Assembly: GCA_017499595.2 (NCBI GenBank)
Contig: CM038998.1
Location: 930,001-994,000, forward strand
From: Psilocybe cubensis
Taxonomy: Eukaryota
Direction of reading: 5' to 3'
Length of the DNA stretch: 64,000 nucleotides
The position numbers and the translations under genes are program-made. Positions 1 to 12,409 of the stretch are shown piece by piece. The notes beneath the pieces are model-generated. The model was not told where the DNA came from. It made no database searches and saw only the letters and a program-made list of their open reading frames with translations. Positions within the stretch are counted from its first letter, which is position 1; every line of letters starts with the position of its first letter.

Positions 1-36
1 AGGTGGATCTTGAAGATATGGTAACTGTAAACTCAC

Positions 37-119
37 GTCTTGCTGTGGTTTCTTGGGGCCCTGTGGATACATTAACATCGCCAGCGTCGAGTATAATATC
101 GATGACATTACCTAGGCAT
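37..119 (-). CDS. RPS9: 40S ribosomal protein uS4 (S9), first two exons; gene continues off the left edge
   Basis: Exon 119-112 (ATGCCTAG), 51-nt GT-AG intron 111-61, exon 60-37, next donor GTGAGT. The spliced product is MPRAPRNHSKT, matching the fungal Rps9 N-terminus (MPRAPRTYSKT). Absent from the ORF track. Confidence 0.85.
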
Positions 120-433
120 TTTGTCTTAAACGAGGTCGACGAGGACGACGAAAAAGATGGTTGGTGAGTCTTGAGGAATGGGCGGTGCAACGGCAAACCA
201 GACTCTGGGCACTGTCCAATCCCGTGGCTTCGCCAAAGAAGAACAAACAAATTAGGCTCTGTGGCACTGCCACAACTGTACAGAACAGGAGCAGCCACTC
301 GGCGTTTGCCGTCGCACACCAAATTGTCATGTCTCGACATCGGATAGGCCAACGACAACGCCCGCTGTGAGTACACCGTCCTGCTGCCCGTACGCCCTAT
401 GGATTCTGATATCCAAATGTTCCAGTCCTCAAG
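120..433. promoter_or_regulatory. Bidirectional promoter shared by RPS9 and RPL21
   Basis: Divergent start codons at 119 (-) and 434 (+), 314 bp apart. Confidence 0.7.
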
Positions 434-1083
434 ATGCCTCACTCCTTCGGTTACCGCGCGCGCACGCGCCACATGTTCAAGCGGGGCTTCAAGGGTGCGC
501 TTTGGTCATATACTGCGTGTGGAGGACAAGGTTCTGATCTTGTTCAATAGAGCATGGCCCCGTGAAACTGTCCACCTTCCTCATCAACTACCACGTTGGA
601 GATATCGTTGATATCAAGGCCAATGCTGCCCAGCAGAAGGGTATGCCCCACAAATACTACCATGGGTATGTGCTTTGATCTTTTTTGAGTAGCCCGCCAT
701 TAAATGCTGTTCAGACGCACTGGAATTGTCTACAATGTTACCCCTTCTGCTGTCGGTGTCATTGTATACAAGGTTGTTGGTAACCGATACATCGAAAAGC
801 GAGTGAACCTCCGTGTTGAGCACGTCCGCCACTCGAAGTGCCGTCAAGAGTTCTTGGATCGTGTCAAGGCCAACCACGATGCTCACGTCATTGCTAAGGA
901 GAAGGGCGGTGAGTTACTCAATCCCTCGTCAATATTTACTTCCGTTTATTCATGCATTTATCGTCTGAAGAACGCATCAACCTCCGCCGTATCCCTGCTC
1001 TCCCCCGGGAAGCTCACACTGTCTCGATCGCTCAAAATGCCCCCCAGACAATTGTTCCCGTGCCTTACGAGACCTACATCTAG
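434..1083 (+). CDS. RPL21: 60S ribosomal protein eL21 (4 exons)
   Basis: Spliced MPHSFGYRARTRHMFK...VGDIVDIKANAAQQKGMPHKYYHG RTGIVYNVT...KRVNLRVEHVRHSKCRQEFL...VPVPYETYI*, stop TAG at 1081-1083. Confidence 0.97.
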
Positions 1084-1782
1084 ATGGATAATTCAATTTC
1101 CTTCTGGTTTATTTGCTCTATCCATCTCGCATGCGACAGTTGTTTGTACATTCGTCCCGCTTACATACTTCGCCTTTTCATGCAACACGCCCAAAAATCA
1201 TGAAATTGATCTAGTATGCGTGAACCCACTATAAGCATTCAAGGCGAACAAAAATTAAAATATCATGTCCCCTATGTTATGTTATACCATTATGTTTCCT
1301 CAGAATGTGGAATGTGTCAACACTGCTATGATGTCGTTTCTCTCTGTGGTCTCGGATTTGCCCTATTCGCTTCTCGGCCGTTAAAATTGAGGTCTCAAGC
1401 CCAGTCTCGTCATTTGCATATTTGTTGTGCCGCCATCAGACCTGATAAGATAGCTTACACGTCTTATCTGTGAGATTCTTGGCTATCGAACGAGTATTGG
1501 AGCGAACCTGGCTTATTTCTTTTAACCTTTGCCTATCACAGTTCACCAGCCTCTCAGTCAGCGGGAATTTTGGTCTTGGACTGCATTAGCTTTGCACAGC
1601 TCGTGAAATTCGTTCGGGTCTTCGAGAGAGACGTCCGAGTCGGCGAAGGATGGTGCATGTGGTGTATAGATTCATTCGTATCTGTGATCGACAGAATGTG
1701 ACGTTGGGGATCCGAGGAAGATAAATAGAGCTCGTCCGAGCATTCAATCCCCCCCTGACCCAGTGAACCCATCCTCAGAACA

Positions 1783-3190
1783 ATGGCCATCGAATTATGC
1801 CCACTCCCCCTACCAGTTTCTGCCGACGCGGCCATGCTTGCTGATTTCGGCCGTGAAGTCAAGGGTGTTAACCCTGCTGAAATGACCCCAGAGCAGTTCA
1901 AAGAGATTGAGGAGGCATTATATAAGGTGTGTTGCGGAACATCGTTATACTATCTGAGTACGGATCTCATTGTTATGTTTAGCACGGTGCTCTCTTGTTT
2001 AGGAACGCAAAGGTTTCTTCAGAGCAGCAGTATAAATTCACAAAGGTATGTCTTTTGTACCAATAAACTCTTGGATACCAGTTTAATGCCACGATTTTTG
2101 AGGCTTTCGACCCCCAATCTGAGAGCTATGGGCACGGAAACAACAAAACAGGGGAAACCAAAAAATCTATTCTCCATCCTGACCTCAAAACGATCCCTTC
2201 CGTTCCACAAGTGCAGCTGATCGGCAATGGAACCGTCTATAACCACGAAGGGCTTGCCGAGGCGAAGCTCAAACACCCCAGCCACACTACTTTCCACAAA
2301 ACCAAAGTCTCCCCCGAAGATGAAGCCAAAGGCCACACGCGCTTCTACCGCTGGCACATTGATGCTGCCTTATACGACCTCAACCCCCCGCGTGTGACGA
2401 CGCTCTATGGCATCACTGTGCCGCAGGGCCCGAAGCAGGTGTGCAGGTATGACGATGGTACGGGGGATGAGCTCGAGGTGCCTTTAGGAACGACCGCATT
2501 CGTTTCGGGGAAGGTGATGTTTGATATTTTGCCGAAGGAGCTAAAGAGCCTGGCTGTACGCGCGAAGGTCAGGTATGCGCCGCACCCCTATGTTTGGATG
2601 GCCCCGGCCAATGCGATGTCAACTGGTCTTGGTATCGAGTCGGAGGGCCTTGAGTTGCCTTTGGAGGAGCTGCCTGAATTCGAGGAATCGAAGATCAAGA
2701 CGCTGCCAATTGTATGTCATACTTATACTCTCGTAGTCATTAAGCTGACCCCCTTTCTCTAGCTTTGGAAGAACCCTGTGACTGGGGATCTCCACTTCCA
2801 AGTACACCCCTGCGGAGTCAAGGAGCTGCTTATCGACCCTCTTCCAGAAGGCGCAAGCCGCGAAGGTGCTTTGTACCCCGACGGCGCGCACCTGACAGAG
2901 CTGAAGGAGGTCCGAGGTCTCCTTTACAAAATGCAACGACCTGCGATCACTCCTTCTGTAAGTTCGCATATTCTCTGCGCTTTTTTGTTCGAAGCTGAAT
3001 TTCGGAGCAGCTGGTGTATCCACACGACTGGCGCGAAGACGACTTTGTGGTCTTCCACAACCGCGGAGTTCTGCACACTGTCGTCGGTGCATTTGCCCCT
3101 GACCAGGTGCGCGCGTTCCACCAGTGCAACCTCGCTGCATCGGATGAGCCCGTGGGCCCTTCAGCCGAAGACGTCAAAACCTATGCTTGA
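1783..3190 (+). CDS. xanA: TauD-family Fe(II)/2-oxoglutarate dioxygenase, XanA (xanthine dioxygenase)-like
   Basis: Multi-exon. Contains RFYRWHIDAALY (HxD), PPRVTTLY, LGTTAFVSG, and a distal FHNRGVLHTVVG motif in the last exon. Stop TGA at 3188-3190. Confidence 0.8.
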
Positions 3191-3361
3191 GTTAAGGCGG
3201 GTAACGGGTATTGTGATATAAATGTAGCATAGTTTGAATGTTCTGGAATTGTATACGTATCTCTTTGTTTTACCTCTGATTGAAACTTTGCACATCTAGG
3301 ACTTTGGAAGAGGATAAATAAATTAATATATCGTTAAGATAGTACGCAGGTACATGATTGT

Positions 3362-4894
3362 TCAGCCAACAATTTCAAGCTGAGGGTTGCGCTCCTTCAG
3401 TCTATGCAAAACAGTTGCAATCAGAGAGGAGATGTGAGGGAGTAAAATTGGGTTGTGGTCATCTGCCGCAGCGAACTCGAGGTCCTCGTCGTCGTCGTCA
3501 TCCTCCATTTTGATCTCTGGGTCGTCATCGTCATCGTCATCCTCCTCCTCGCTCAGCTCATCCGGGTCGAAAGAGTTATCCATGTAGTCCTCATCGTCCT
3601 CGTCGTCATCCTCAAGATCCTCTGCGCTGAGTACCTTGCGCGCGTTTACCTCGGCAATGTCGATGCTGTCTACCGATGTGTCTGCCACGTCGGTCGATAG
3701 GTTGCCTTCGTCTTCCTCAAGTTTGGGAGGGACTGGCACATCGAGGATGCGGGAGCCTATCTCGCTACCCTCAGTGCGGCGCGTGTCGAACGAGTGTGCG
3801 TCAGCGCGGAAAGTGAAGCTCTTGAGGTTGGGAAGCCATTTGCTATCCCTCGCCTTCTTAAGCCAGTCGTCAAGGTCTTCGAGCATAGTGACCGAGCACG
3901 AGCAATGGAAATTGAAGTTCTCCACGGATGAGGGAATGTGATGTACGAGCCCAATGTCCTGGTCTGCCCGCGCAAGGACAAGCGTAAGCTCACGGAGACG
4001 CGTGCACTTGCGAAGCCTTTCCAGGAAGCGCTTGCGCGCCGATTGACCTTTGACGTCGCGCCCATCGGTGCTTTGCAGGTGGAGGACCTCGAGCCGCTTG
4101 GAAAACCCAGTGACCTTCTCGGCCGCGAGCACGAAAGTCGCAAGCGCGTCATTCTCGATGATACGTAGCTTGGTGAGGTTGGGGAATTTGGTGGTCGGAA
4201 CGAGACGGGTAGATTTGCAATGCGCGAGGGTGACGGAGCTGACGGTGGACACGGCTGTGGCCCAGTCCTCTGGGTCCCAGAGTGTTTCGTGGATGTCTTC
4301 TAAGCGAAGACTTTCGAGCTCGGTCCAGGGCTGTTCGAGGCGGTCAAGGGATGCGAGTTCCCCCTTGTCCTCGTCACAAGTGCTGAGAGTGAGATGCTTT
4401 GGAGATAGCCCGCTGAGTGCGAGCCAGTGGTGTCGTTCGGGAGACTTGATGTGGACAGTATCGATACGATCAGAAGAAGGGCGTTGGAGGTCTTCATGGA
4501 CAATCTGCCTGATATAAGCCAGGAGCAAACCGTCCGGACTATTGGGGGAAGGGTAGGCATAGGCAAAACCATCGTCGTCATCTGGGCCATGAGAGCCACC
4601 GGGCTCGCCAATCTGCTTGAACTTCTTGGTGACTTTGGACACGTCGAACTTGCGGTCAACATCCATGAGATTGAGGTCAACTTCTTCCTCTTTTAACGGC
4701 GTCGTGTTTGCGTCGATGGTGGTCGCTGGTTGTGGAGCAATATCGATGCGAACTGCGGAGCAGTCGATGGACAGGATGCGCCGTCCACCAGAGGTGAAGG
4801 CATCAACCTCAACATCCCTGGTTTGAAGTTGTGGTGGGCCTTGCTTCGAGACAGAGATTACAGTTGCGTTGACAAGGGTGCGGGTACCAGACAT
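3362..4894 (-). CDS. Hypothetical protein with degenerate leucine-rich-repeat-like core and very acidic C-terminus
   Basis: Uninterrupted ORF of about 510 codons with LxxLxL-type segments (LESLRLED, FPNLTKLRI, LRELTLVL, LPNLKSFTF) and a D/E tract. The start may be further upstream (ATG 5051 via an intron). Confidence 0.65.
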   Translation of the reverse strand: MSGTRTLVNATVISVSKQGPPQLQTRDVEVDAFTSGGRRILSIDCSAVRIDIAPQPATTIDANTTPLKEEEVDLNLMDVDRKFDVSKVTKKFKQIGEPGGSHGPDDDDGFAYAYPSPNSPDGLLLAYIRQIVHEDLQRPSSDRIDTVHIKSPERHHWLALSGLSPKHLTLSTCDEDKGELASLDRLEQPWTELESLRLEDIHETLWDPEDWATAVSTVSSVTLAHCKSTRLVPTTKFPNLTKLRIIENDALATFVLAAEKVTGFSKRLEVLHLQSTDGRDVKGQSARKRFLERLRKCTRLRELTLVLARADQDIGLVHHIPSSVENFNFHCSCSVTMLEDLDDWLKKARDSKWLPNLKSFTFRADAHSFDTRRTEGSEIGSRILDVPVPPKLEEDEGNLSTDVADTSVDSIDIAEVNARKVLSAEDLEDDDEDDEDYMDNSFDPDELSEEEDDDDDDDPEIKMEDDDDDEDLEFAAADDHNPILLPHISSLIATVLHRLKERNPQLEIVG

Positions 4895-6994
4895 TGAGCA
4901 GAATATCACAATAGTGAGCGCAACAGAGTAGAAGTAGAGTAGGAATGCTCTATGAACCTGTAAAGCAGGCCTTTGTGTAGAGAGAAATAAAAACTCGACT
5001 ACCTTTTTATACGAATTTCAGAAAAAGAGAAGCCATACTGAGCTGCTGCATGTTTGTGAGCTGTAGATGAAAAGCAAGATAGACTGGATTCCGCTCAAAC
5101 AATGAGAAAGTGAAGGGCTGCTGGAGCTCCTTGCACATTTGAGAGAGAATATCTCATCCCGTCAAACATCCAGATTAACCCCATCCGTTTGTGAATTCTG
5201 TGGGCGATAAAGAGGCTTTGGGGTATATGGGGTTAGGCAAGTCATTACTACCATCAGCATTTGCTGATTGAAATGGAAGCAAAGAGGTGGAAACAGGGTG
5301 CAAAAGTAAGAAAAGTGAACGAGACGGTGAGAGGAAGACACATTTGTACTCATGCAATGCCGTAATTTTGCTTGCTTTCGAGGACTTTGGTAAACAAAGA
5401 ATGGCTGTCACACGATGTTTCCGCACTTTTTCATCATACGGCCACCATGGTCTCCTCAAAATTACTCATAGGCGCCTACTTTTTGTACCCTCAAATTATT
5501 TCGAGGCCTTATTAATGATCCGTGTCTTTTGGAATGACTGTCGAATGCTGTCTCTCTGTGTACGTGGCCGCTTTATCTACGGATAAAGACCAGGTATCAA
5601 TACTGCAATCGTATGGAGGTTTCGCCTCTCTGCTCTACATCTCGCGACATCGTCGTCTCAACCCTTTACCCGTCGCTCCCTGGTGCCTGACCATGCTCGG
5701 GAACCTTCTTCGCACCCCAAAACTATATGACTGGCTGGTTCGGGGTTATCGTAATCCAATGTAGAGATTAAGTACGTCAATCCCGGCTCTCGAATTTCTT
5801 TGACCCACCACAGAATCCAAATATTGTTGAATCTTGTATGAATCCCAGTGTGCAACCCTTTACACCTCAATTGGCGCCCACAGGAACTATCACTTATCCT
5901 CGATCCAGAATAACGTCGTTCCGAATATCTGTTCTACTCCGTTGACATTATTAAACAGCGTTCAGGTAATAATTTCCAACGCGTCTGTATTTGTGAAGTT
6001 CGAGGTCTGCTTTTATTGAACATCACTGGCTTCGATGACAAGTACCTTTTCTAAACCTTTGGCTTTGGGTTAAATTGCCTCGAACTTTACCCAAACCGTC
6101 TCTATGCGATCTTCGACGGGATTATTAAGAAGACAGAATTTTCGGAGTCATGTCCCACTTTCTCCCTCAGAAGGCCTTTCAGTGATATCTGATCAGTTTC
6201 ATCGATTCATCGATAAGGTGTGCATTGTGTATATTAAACGACAAAGTGTTGTTCCCAGCTTTCTGTTCACCCACTTGAATTCTTGTCATGATGTCCTTGA
6301 AGTATATTCAAATAATGTCAACACCACAATCACACTCCTTCACATCCCAGTGGCCAGCTAACACAACTCATTCAACAGTTTTTCAGTTAACGGCTTACGG
6401 TCCCAAACAACCAGATTCTGCATCTCGGCCGATAGCATCTATGCGCCAATTAAAAGCTTCGTTATCTCATCTGTTTGTACCCCAACGTATCCCTCACAAG
6501 GTTTCGACAGCTGCTGGCTGATGATTACTCACCACAGTCGCTTATACGATTCCAACAATGAATTCGTTATCCATATCGGTTAATTTTCCCCGCATCTCAG
6601 GTAACGCATGTCTATGGTTGATCCCAGGAATACGCGGTGAGGGTTCATTTATCCCACCTAAACATTTAATAAGGAGGTCCAGTACAAGGTCAGGTTTGTG
6701 CTCAATCCACTACTGGAGAAGTATCTTATCCTATTTGATGACAGAATTCATGAAGCAAATACAGTACGTATTTGGCTAATACCCTTCTTAGCCTCATATA
6801 TGCCCTCAATTGCAACAACGCACGATTGAGAGATTGATTACGAGCCAAAACTTAAAAATCTTCGGGCACGCTACGATCCATTACGTGGAGGTATCATCAC
6901 TTCAACCCTCATGGCCCTATTGAAGACATCAAGAAGGATGAAAATAACTGAAGTCCCGACAACTAACCGGAGATAGGATTACCAGTTTTTTTAG

Positions 6995-9184
6995 TTACTG
7001 ACCAGTCAAAGAACCAACACTTTCCCAGAATCTACACCTTTCCAGCAATGCTTTGGATGATTTAATAGGCCTGACATCAGGTGCACCCGCCTCTGTTTGG
7101 TTGAAAAGCATTTCGTTTGATCCTCCCCACGGGCTCCAAGGAGGTGTGATATCGCTTTCGCGCTTCTTATTTGGATTCAAGGACGTTACGAAGTCGGGGA
7201 AGGTCTGTGTAAATGCTTTGATAAAGTCTGGGTTTGAGAAAGGGAGGTCGCCTCCTGGTGAAACAGATCCTGGGAAATAATAAATCAAATCGGTTCCATG
7301 ATTCCCTGGGGGGATGGCAAATAATCCCTGATGATCATTTATAAGATTTTTGGTGCGCCAAAAAGGTTGTGTATTACCTTGTATCCTTTCCCACCGAACG
7401 AGGTCTGGAGGTAGTATGTAGGGCACACAAATATTGCTAATGGTCGGGATTCATCAACATACTTGCGCACGATAAACATACATTTTCATTCACCTTCTCC
7501 CATAATTGAAATGACCTGGGCAAAATTTGAGCCCAACCCTGCATATTGCATTGCTGCTGCTTGTGCATTCTTCGATTCCAACGTAGGGAATAATTGAGAA
7601 ATGTACTGTGCAACCTGCACAGTATTTTCTGTAGAGGGGTCTATAAAAATCGTCCCTTCGAATGTATTCACAACGGAATAGAGTTGGTCCTTTATATGAA
7701 AACGTCATTAAATAAGTAAACATTTTCAGCGTATCCATAACTCACCCCGTTAACCTTCTTCTGCTTGAGTAGCTGCGTTGGCCTACCCTGTATAAACGTT
7801 CCATCGACGACGGGCACAAACACAAATGTCCCAAAGAAGCCGGCCGTGTTAATTGCCACGTTAGCTGCTTGCAATACATTAACATCTGCGAGACGGAGAC
7901 AGTTCAAGGTGTCGGCCGAGGAGGAACAACTAGAAAAAATATGGTCAGTTGGATTCGGTGATGATAGTTTGTCAACTCGCCCAGCCCGTGTAACGGTTTC
8001 GTTGTATATAGCCTTGCAAAAAAGCTGACGTTAGATAGAAAAGATCTTTGCCAAAAGTTAATTACCTGAGGGATACGATCGTTGTATCTGTACTGCGAAG
8101 GCAGGAACGTGGAACTTGTGATTGCACCTCGGAAGAGTGGTGGGTTCGTCCTTCCTCCGTTGGCTATTACATGTTGTAGGACAGAACCAGCACCGGCAGA
8201 CTGTCCCCATATCGTCACTTTACGAGGATCCCCACCGAATCGTTCGATCTAGAAGTGGGGTTGCAATCAATAAAGGTAGGTTAAAGAGAAAAAGGTAAGT
8301 TTGAAGAGACTAACGTAAGTCTGAACCCATTTTAATGCAAATTGCTGGTCCACTATTGGAGAAGAAGAGGCTTAAAATTTTCTTGGATTGCGATAGGATG
8401 TTACTTACAGAGACCGGCATTCAGAGCTCCCCCCTCTTTAACCTTTTGGCCTGCTAAGAATCCGAATAAACCCAGCCGGTATTGTATTGAGACGAGAATG
8501 ACTGAATCTTGAGATTGGCGCAGTATCGAATCTCCATCGTATTCGCCTCCATATCCCGTTTCTGATATGCTCCCCAGAACATACCCTCCTCTTGAAATGA
8601 AATAGTTTAGGACAAATCACACGGACGAGACACTGAGCTATTTACCCGTGAATCCAAACTACCACTGGAAGTTTTGAGGACTTTTTCACGTTTCCTGGGA
8701 TGTAAACGCTATATCAAATCAATGGTTGTGCATCATTGACGATAGTAGGTCTCTCTCACTTGAGGAAAAGGCAGTCCTCAGATGATGTTGATTCATCTCT
8801 TTTATGAACGTCTTGGGACTTGTCAACACGATAGGGATTGGTTGGGGCAGAGCCATAGGGGGACTGGAGACACATGGGTGGTTGGGCATTGGCTTGTTGG
8901 ATGCCTGGAACCGTTGAGGGCAAGCTAGGCGCATTAAACCGTGCTAGTCCTGCAAGACGATAAGTCGTTGGTATAAGATATATGGCAGGATGTATACCAG
9001 TGGGAGGCGCAGCAAAGCGAATTCCTAAGAAATGAGTTCGAGTCGCATTCGAAACGGCGTCCTCGACGACTAATCCTTGATATTTTGCATATCCGAGGTC
9101 CACTACGGGTCCTGCAGTTCGACCCAGAATTGCTGCTGCTGCGTATTGAAGAAGGGAAAGACATACAATCCCTGATATAACCAT
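6995..9184 (-). CDS. Secreted type-B carboxylesterase/lipase (alpha/beta hydrolase), copy 1
   Basis: Signal-peptide-like start, [28 protein letters not shown], nucleophile elbow WGQSAGAGS, ends [11 protein letters not shown]. Confidence 0.9.
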
Positions 9185-9349
9185 GGTGGTAGGATAGAAC
9201 TTTCAAGCAACGGCGAATGAAATTCAAACAATGTGGACTATAATAAATAGATTCCAAAAAATGGTGGGCTCTGTACAGCCCACATATGGAAGAAAAGCAT
9301 AACGCGTAAGCATTACGTCCCAAAGACTGCACCAGACAGCGCGCCCTTC

Positions 9350-9859
9350 TGACTCAGTCAGGTAATGATGACCAAATTAAAGCTGAAACGGTGAAAATGT
9401 ATGCGGTAGCACTGACTAAAGTAATAATACCGTCAACGGTTGACAGTGACACTCGGTTGACTCAGCAGCTTGCATAATTTGAATTCCATCATCGCGGTTA
9501 TATATTCGAGTTGTTGTCATGCAGGTATTTTTTATGACTTTTCATTGATAGGCAAAAAAGGTTCCAATGTGCTGAGAAATGACTGGCAATGTCCTTTAAT
9601 ATGTATGAGAACAAGTATCTGCAAGAATGTAGTGTGTTAGGCCTCCAAAATGTGGCAGACAGGGGCAACAACACGGTCACGTTCATCGCTCATCAAGCGA
9701 GGCTAATTATAGATGCCATACTAAAAGCTAATCTATGGAACGATGCGTTCCATCCACGATAAAACTGATTTTTACTCAGCTGGTCATATTTGATTGAACA
9801 TTGTACTTCCTGGACTCTCCAAGTTACTGATTTTGCATTTTACTCAAACATATTACTCA
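9350..9859. promoter_or_regulatory. Cluster of six AP-1/Yap-type bZIP sites upstream of esterase copy 1
   Basis: TGACTCA at 9350 and 9458, TGACTAA at 9413, TTACTCA at 9772, 9840 and 9853. Confidence 0.5.
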
Positions 9860-10145
9860 GCACACTGATCTGGCTTCCAGCCCTGGGCCCTACAAGTATA
9901 ATATCTGTCCAACTTAATTGCATGATTCCCGGGCAGTCATAAAAGCACAGAGGCCAGTGCACCCACATAATTGACTGGTACTAGCACTAATCTCATAGTC
10001 CTGACACTTGTGTTGTCATGGATAGGTGTCGTTACATCAAGTCCCGGTAAGTAAAATGAGGCAGGTATTTGATATTGATGTTCGATGTTTGAGTTGCGCG
10101 GGATCTGTGAGAAATTGGGAAAGCCCTAAAGATACAGGATATTTA

Positions 10146-12409
10146 TCATTGGGAGGTTGAGGAACTGAGTTTCTCCCATAAGCTTGAAAGCAATATTAGC
10201 CCAGGGAGAAGTACAGAAAAGGGAGTCGCACCTGCATCGCTCCAGAAGAGAGCTAGATGTCTTGACAGCTCTGACATCAGGGGAGCCATCTTCTGTCTTG
10301 TTGAAATGTATTTCGTTGGACCCAGCCCAAGGATTCCATAATGGCGTGATGTTACTTTCCCACTTTTTGTTGGGGTTGGTATAGATTGCAAAGTTCGTGA
10401 ACGACTCTGCAAATGCCTTTTGAAACTCGGAATTGTTAAATACAGGGCTTACAAATCCCTGGAAAGCGTCCGGGAAGTAGTAATTCACATCTTCTCCGTG
10501 ATTCGCTGGTGGGATGGCAAATTCGGCCTAGGAATAAGTTGAATAGTTTAGCTCATGAGGTTGATAAGCTTTTTAAAGTCAGATAGTCACCTTGTAGCCT
10601 TTACCCCCGAACGCTGACAACAGCCGGTATGTGGGACAAATGAAGATGGCTGTGTACATTAAGTCAGTGTTGTAAATCTAAGGTATGTTTGCCTGACTTA
10701 CATTCGCCTACTATTGAAACAGCCTGAGAAAAATTAGACCCAAGGCCACTGTATTTCGCCTCTAAGGCACTAATTTCTTCGGGGACGAGTGTTGGATAAA
10801 ATTGGGATAGGAATTGACCCACATGCAGCGTATCAGCTGTACTGGGATTGACAAAAATGGTGCCTTCATTGGTATTTGTGACGGCGTAAACAAAATCCTA
10901 TACAAACATAAGTGATAAACCAAAATTTTCACCATAAGGCGCATACTAACCCCGTTCAATTTCTTTTGCTTGAGCAAGTTAGAAGGTAAGTCCTTAATAA
11001 ACTTTCCATCGATCACTGGAACAAACGCATTCGTGCCAAAGAACGCCTTGTCGTTGACTTTGAAGTTAATGGGACCCAAAATTTCAGCATCAATCTGACG
11101 GAGACAATTCAACGTATCGCTTGACGAGTCGCATCTGAAAGACAAATTAGGCAATCATATATGTATACGATGTAATGACCCATTACTTTGTTTCTCTGAC
11201 GACCTCGTCATAAATGGCCTATTCAACATCATGAGACTTGGAATGATAGGCAAAATGAACACAAATATACCTCAGGTATAGGGTCATTGTACCTATATTG
11301 TGGAGGTAGGTAAAGCGACGATGTGATAGCAGCTTTAAAGAGAGGTGGGTTCGTTTTACCGCCGTTTGCTACCACATGCTGAAATACAGAGCCTGCACCA
11401 GCCGATTCCCCCCAAATGGTCACTTTACGAGGGTCTCCACCAAATTTATTGATCTTGAGGAGGGAAATGACGTAATGGCAGTGATTCATTAGCGAAAAGA
11501 GCGTAGAGATCTTAGTGGAACTTACGTGTTTCTGAACCCATTGCAACGCAAACTGTTGATCCACTGTAATATCGCTTTCAATATCATTATAATTACAGAG
11601 AGAAAGAATGCAACTTACAAAGCCCAGCATTCAAGACACCGGCCTCTTTCGCTTTTTGTCCTGACAAAAACCCAAACAAACCCATTCGATATTGAATGCT
11701 GACCACAATTACACCTTCACCTGCCCGTCGAATAACATCTCCACCGTTGTATACATTACCAAGAGTCGAGTTCCAAGAGCCTCCACCCACGTAGCCACCC
11801 CTATAAAGAGAGTGAGAAACAAAGACCTGCTTGCAGTGAAGGACGATTTATACTTACCCATGTATCCATACAATAACTGGTAAGTTCGCTTTCTCTTTCA
11901 GCCCCCCTCCAGGCACAAAGACGCTATAAAAACCCTTCGTCAGGTTACCAGTGAAGCACATGTTTACACCCGGCGTACTTTAGGAACAAACAATCCTCAG
12001 AAATTCTTCCACCCTCCTCTCTGACTTGAAGCAAAGATTGTTCTCCACCGTATGGGTTATTTGCACCGGTACTCAAACTTGCTTGATAACATATGGGGGG
12101 CGGAGAACTCTGCTGTATGCCAGACAACGGGGCAGGTGGTCTAGGTTCTCTAAACCGCGCAGCACCTACAAACGGATAAGTAAGTCGCAACTCAATGACA
12201 GTATTTGAGATTGACCCACCAGTTGGAGGTGCGGCGAATCGAATCCCAAGGAAACGCGTATGCGTCGCGTTAGAGGTCTGATCCTGCACTATTTCGCCTT
12301 GATATTTTGCGTAGCCAAGGTTGACAATTGGAGCAGAAGTGGCAGCATGAGTGGACACGGCTCCGTAAATCAGTAAGAGGGGTGCAATGGCATGCGCATG
12401 GAAAAGCAT
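10146..12409 (-). CDS. Secreted type-B carboxylesterase/lipase, copy 2 (tandem paralog of copy 1)
   Basis: MLFHAHAI signal, [37 protein letters not shown]. Last exon LWEKLSSSTSQ* follows an intron that copy 1 lacks. Confidence 0.9.

Noticed and set aside
112-611. ORF-track peptides of 69-72 aa between RPS9 and RPL21
   Set aside because: They run across promoter and intron sequence; the spliced RPS9 and RPL21 models explain the region.
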